Source: Anthoceros angustus
Taxonomy: Eukaryota > Plantae > Anthocerotophyta
Assembly (NCBI GenBank): GCA_010909165.1
Contig: MU008178.1
Coordinates: forward strand, 1,004,369 to 1,068,368
Length of the DNA stretch: 64,000 nucleotides
Reading direction: 5' to 3'
The notes beneath the pieces are model-generated. The model saw only the letters and a list, made by a program, of their open reading frames with translations. It had not been told where the DNA came from and made no database searches. The position numbers and the translations under genes were made by a program. Shown here in pieces: positions 63,048 through 64,000 of the stretch; position 1 is the first letter of the stretch, and each line of letters starts with the position of its first letter.

Positions 63048-63406
63048 TGTGGGAGCCGTTCAAGGTGAACAACCTTTTGGCTTATCCTAGGATGTGCCTC
63101 CTTAGAAAACTCTTGTGGAGTTGACATGTGCACCTTTGATATAATGGTTGTTTGTGATATCTGTTCTAACCCTCCTTGCCGCTAGATTCCTTCATCACTA
63201 GGTGGAGCGCAATTGGCAAGGGGCCACGTGGACGGTGCTGAGAGGAGAACGGGCATGGAGCGCACCAGGACCGCAGGGTTGCCGCGCGCGTTATGGGCGG
63301 TGCATGACCCAAGTACATGCGCCAGGACGGCGGCGGCGTAAGGCTAGAGTACGCGATGCAAGACTGGCGATTCTGAATAAAAGGACGCCCTCCCACGCTT
63401 CGCCAT

Positions 63407-63593
63407 TTCCAACGCTCGACGCTGAGAGAAGGCCCTTCTCTCGACCGACCGATGGCGCATTACTTGGCGATCATCTCGCCTTCCGGCGCTATCTCTTCCA
63501 ACGCTCGACGCTGAGAGAAGGCCCTTCTCTCGACCGACTTCTCGGCCAGGTCACTTGCGCTCGAGCATCTCGGGCGCTTATCTCTTCCAACGC
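63407..63593. repeat. Direct repeats (period ~89 bp) each containing the palindrome GAGAGAAGG-C-CCTTCTCTC
   Basis: TTCCAACGCTCGACGCTGAGAGAAGGCCCTTCTCTCGACCGAC at 63407 and 63496, partial third copy near 63575. Confidence 0.85.
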
Positions 63594-64000
63594 CTAGGGC
63601 AACCACGGCCATCTCTCGAATCGAGCGCCATCGCGCGAACGAAGGAGAGCATTGTTGCCCACCACCTCCTCACAGCATGGGCATGGGGGCCCAAGAAGGC
63701 GGCGGAGGTCTGGGAGCCCTAGCGCTTAGTGGAGAAAAATATCGTCACCAAGCGCTACCTAGATTTCGGACCCTGGCTGGCGGAGGCAGAGGAGCTGGTG
63801 GAGGACTGGCACATGGACATCTTGCAGGCGGTATGGACCTTCGACAACATAACTGGTCCGGAGTATGCAGGAAGATCTTGGCCAACAAGCCAAAAATGCT
63901 CCAAGAGCTTGAGGGAAGACCCGAGGAGATGGACCGTGGAGGTCCTGCGAGCGATCTACAATAGGCCGGTGGACAAGATTGGGGGCGTAGTTCCGAAGCC

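Noticed and set aside
62139-63593. CRISPR-like interpretation of the 51-bp and palindromic repeats
   Set aside because: Eukaryotic context, no cas genes; the 51-mers have no spacers and the palindromic repeat has only two full copies

Overview
Eukaryotic (land-plant) nuclear DNA: gene-dense, with short GT-AG introns (mostly about 80-150 bp), interrupted by three transposon-rich islands (about 8.1-16.3 kb, 46.4-52.3 kb and 61.7-64 kb). A PLS-class PPR protein with elongated 'LL' motifs, together with the compact introns, points to a hornwort (Anthoceros-like) genome; this is an inference. Genes in order: 3' end of an ABCG/PDR transporter, secreted PQQ-type beta-propeller dehydrogenase, chloroplast GAPDH B (GapB with CP12-like tail), PLS/E+ PPR editing factor, an H1-derived arginine-rich protamine-like protein, mTERF9-like, SPIRRIG-like BEACH/WD40 protein, class III peroxidase, SDF2, two 2-oxoglutarate dioxygenases flanking an intronless atypical kinase, and an intron-containing TFIIIC-subunit-3-like pseudogene that the ORF track only catches in fragments. 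Most interesting: (1) the protamine-like gene with a tight cluster of DUO1-type AACCGYY sites in its promoter, suggesting a sperm chromatin-condensation module; (2) an intact-ORF 2OG dioxygenase lacking its first iron-binding His and its 2OG-binding Arg (candidate pseudoenzyme), near a canonical paralog; (3) the PI4K-II/Fam20-like kinase; (4) a three-copy LTR family including a clean solo LTR with a 4-bp TSD. All family assignments come from motif recognition by eye, not database searches.
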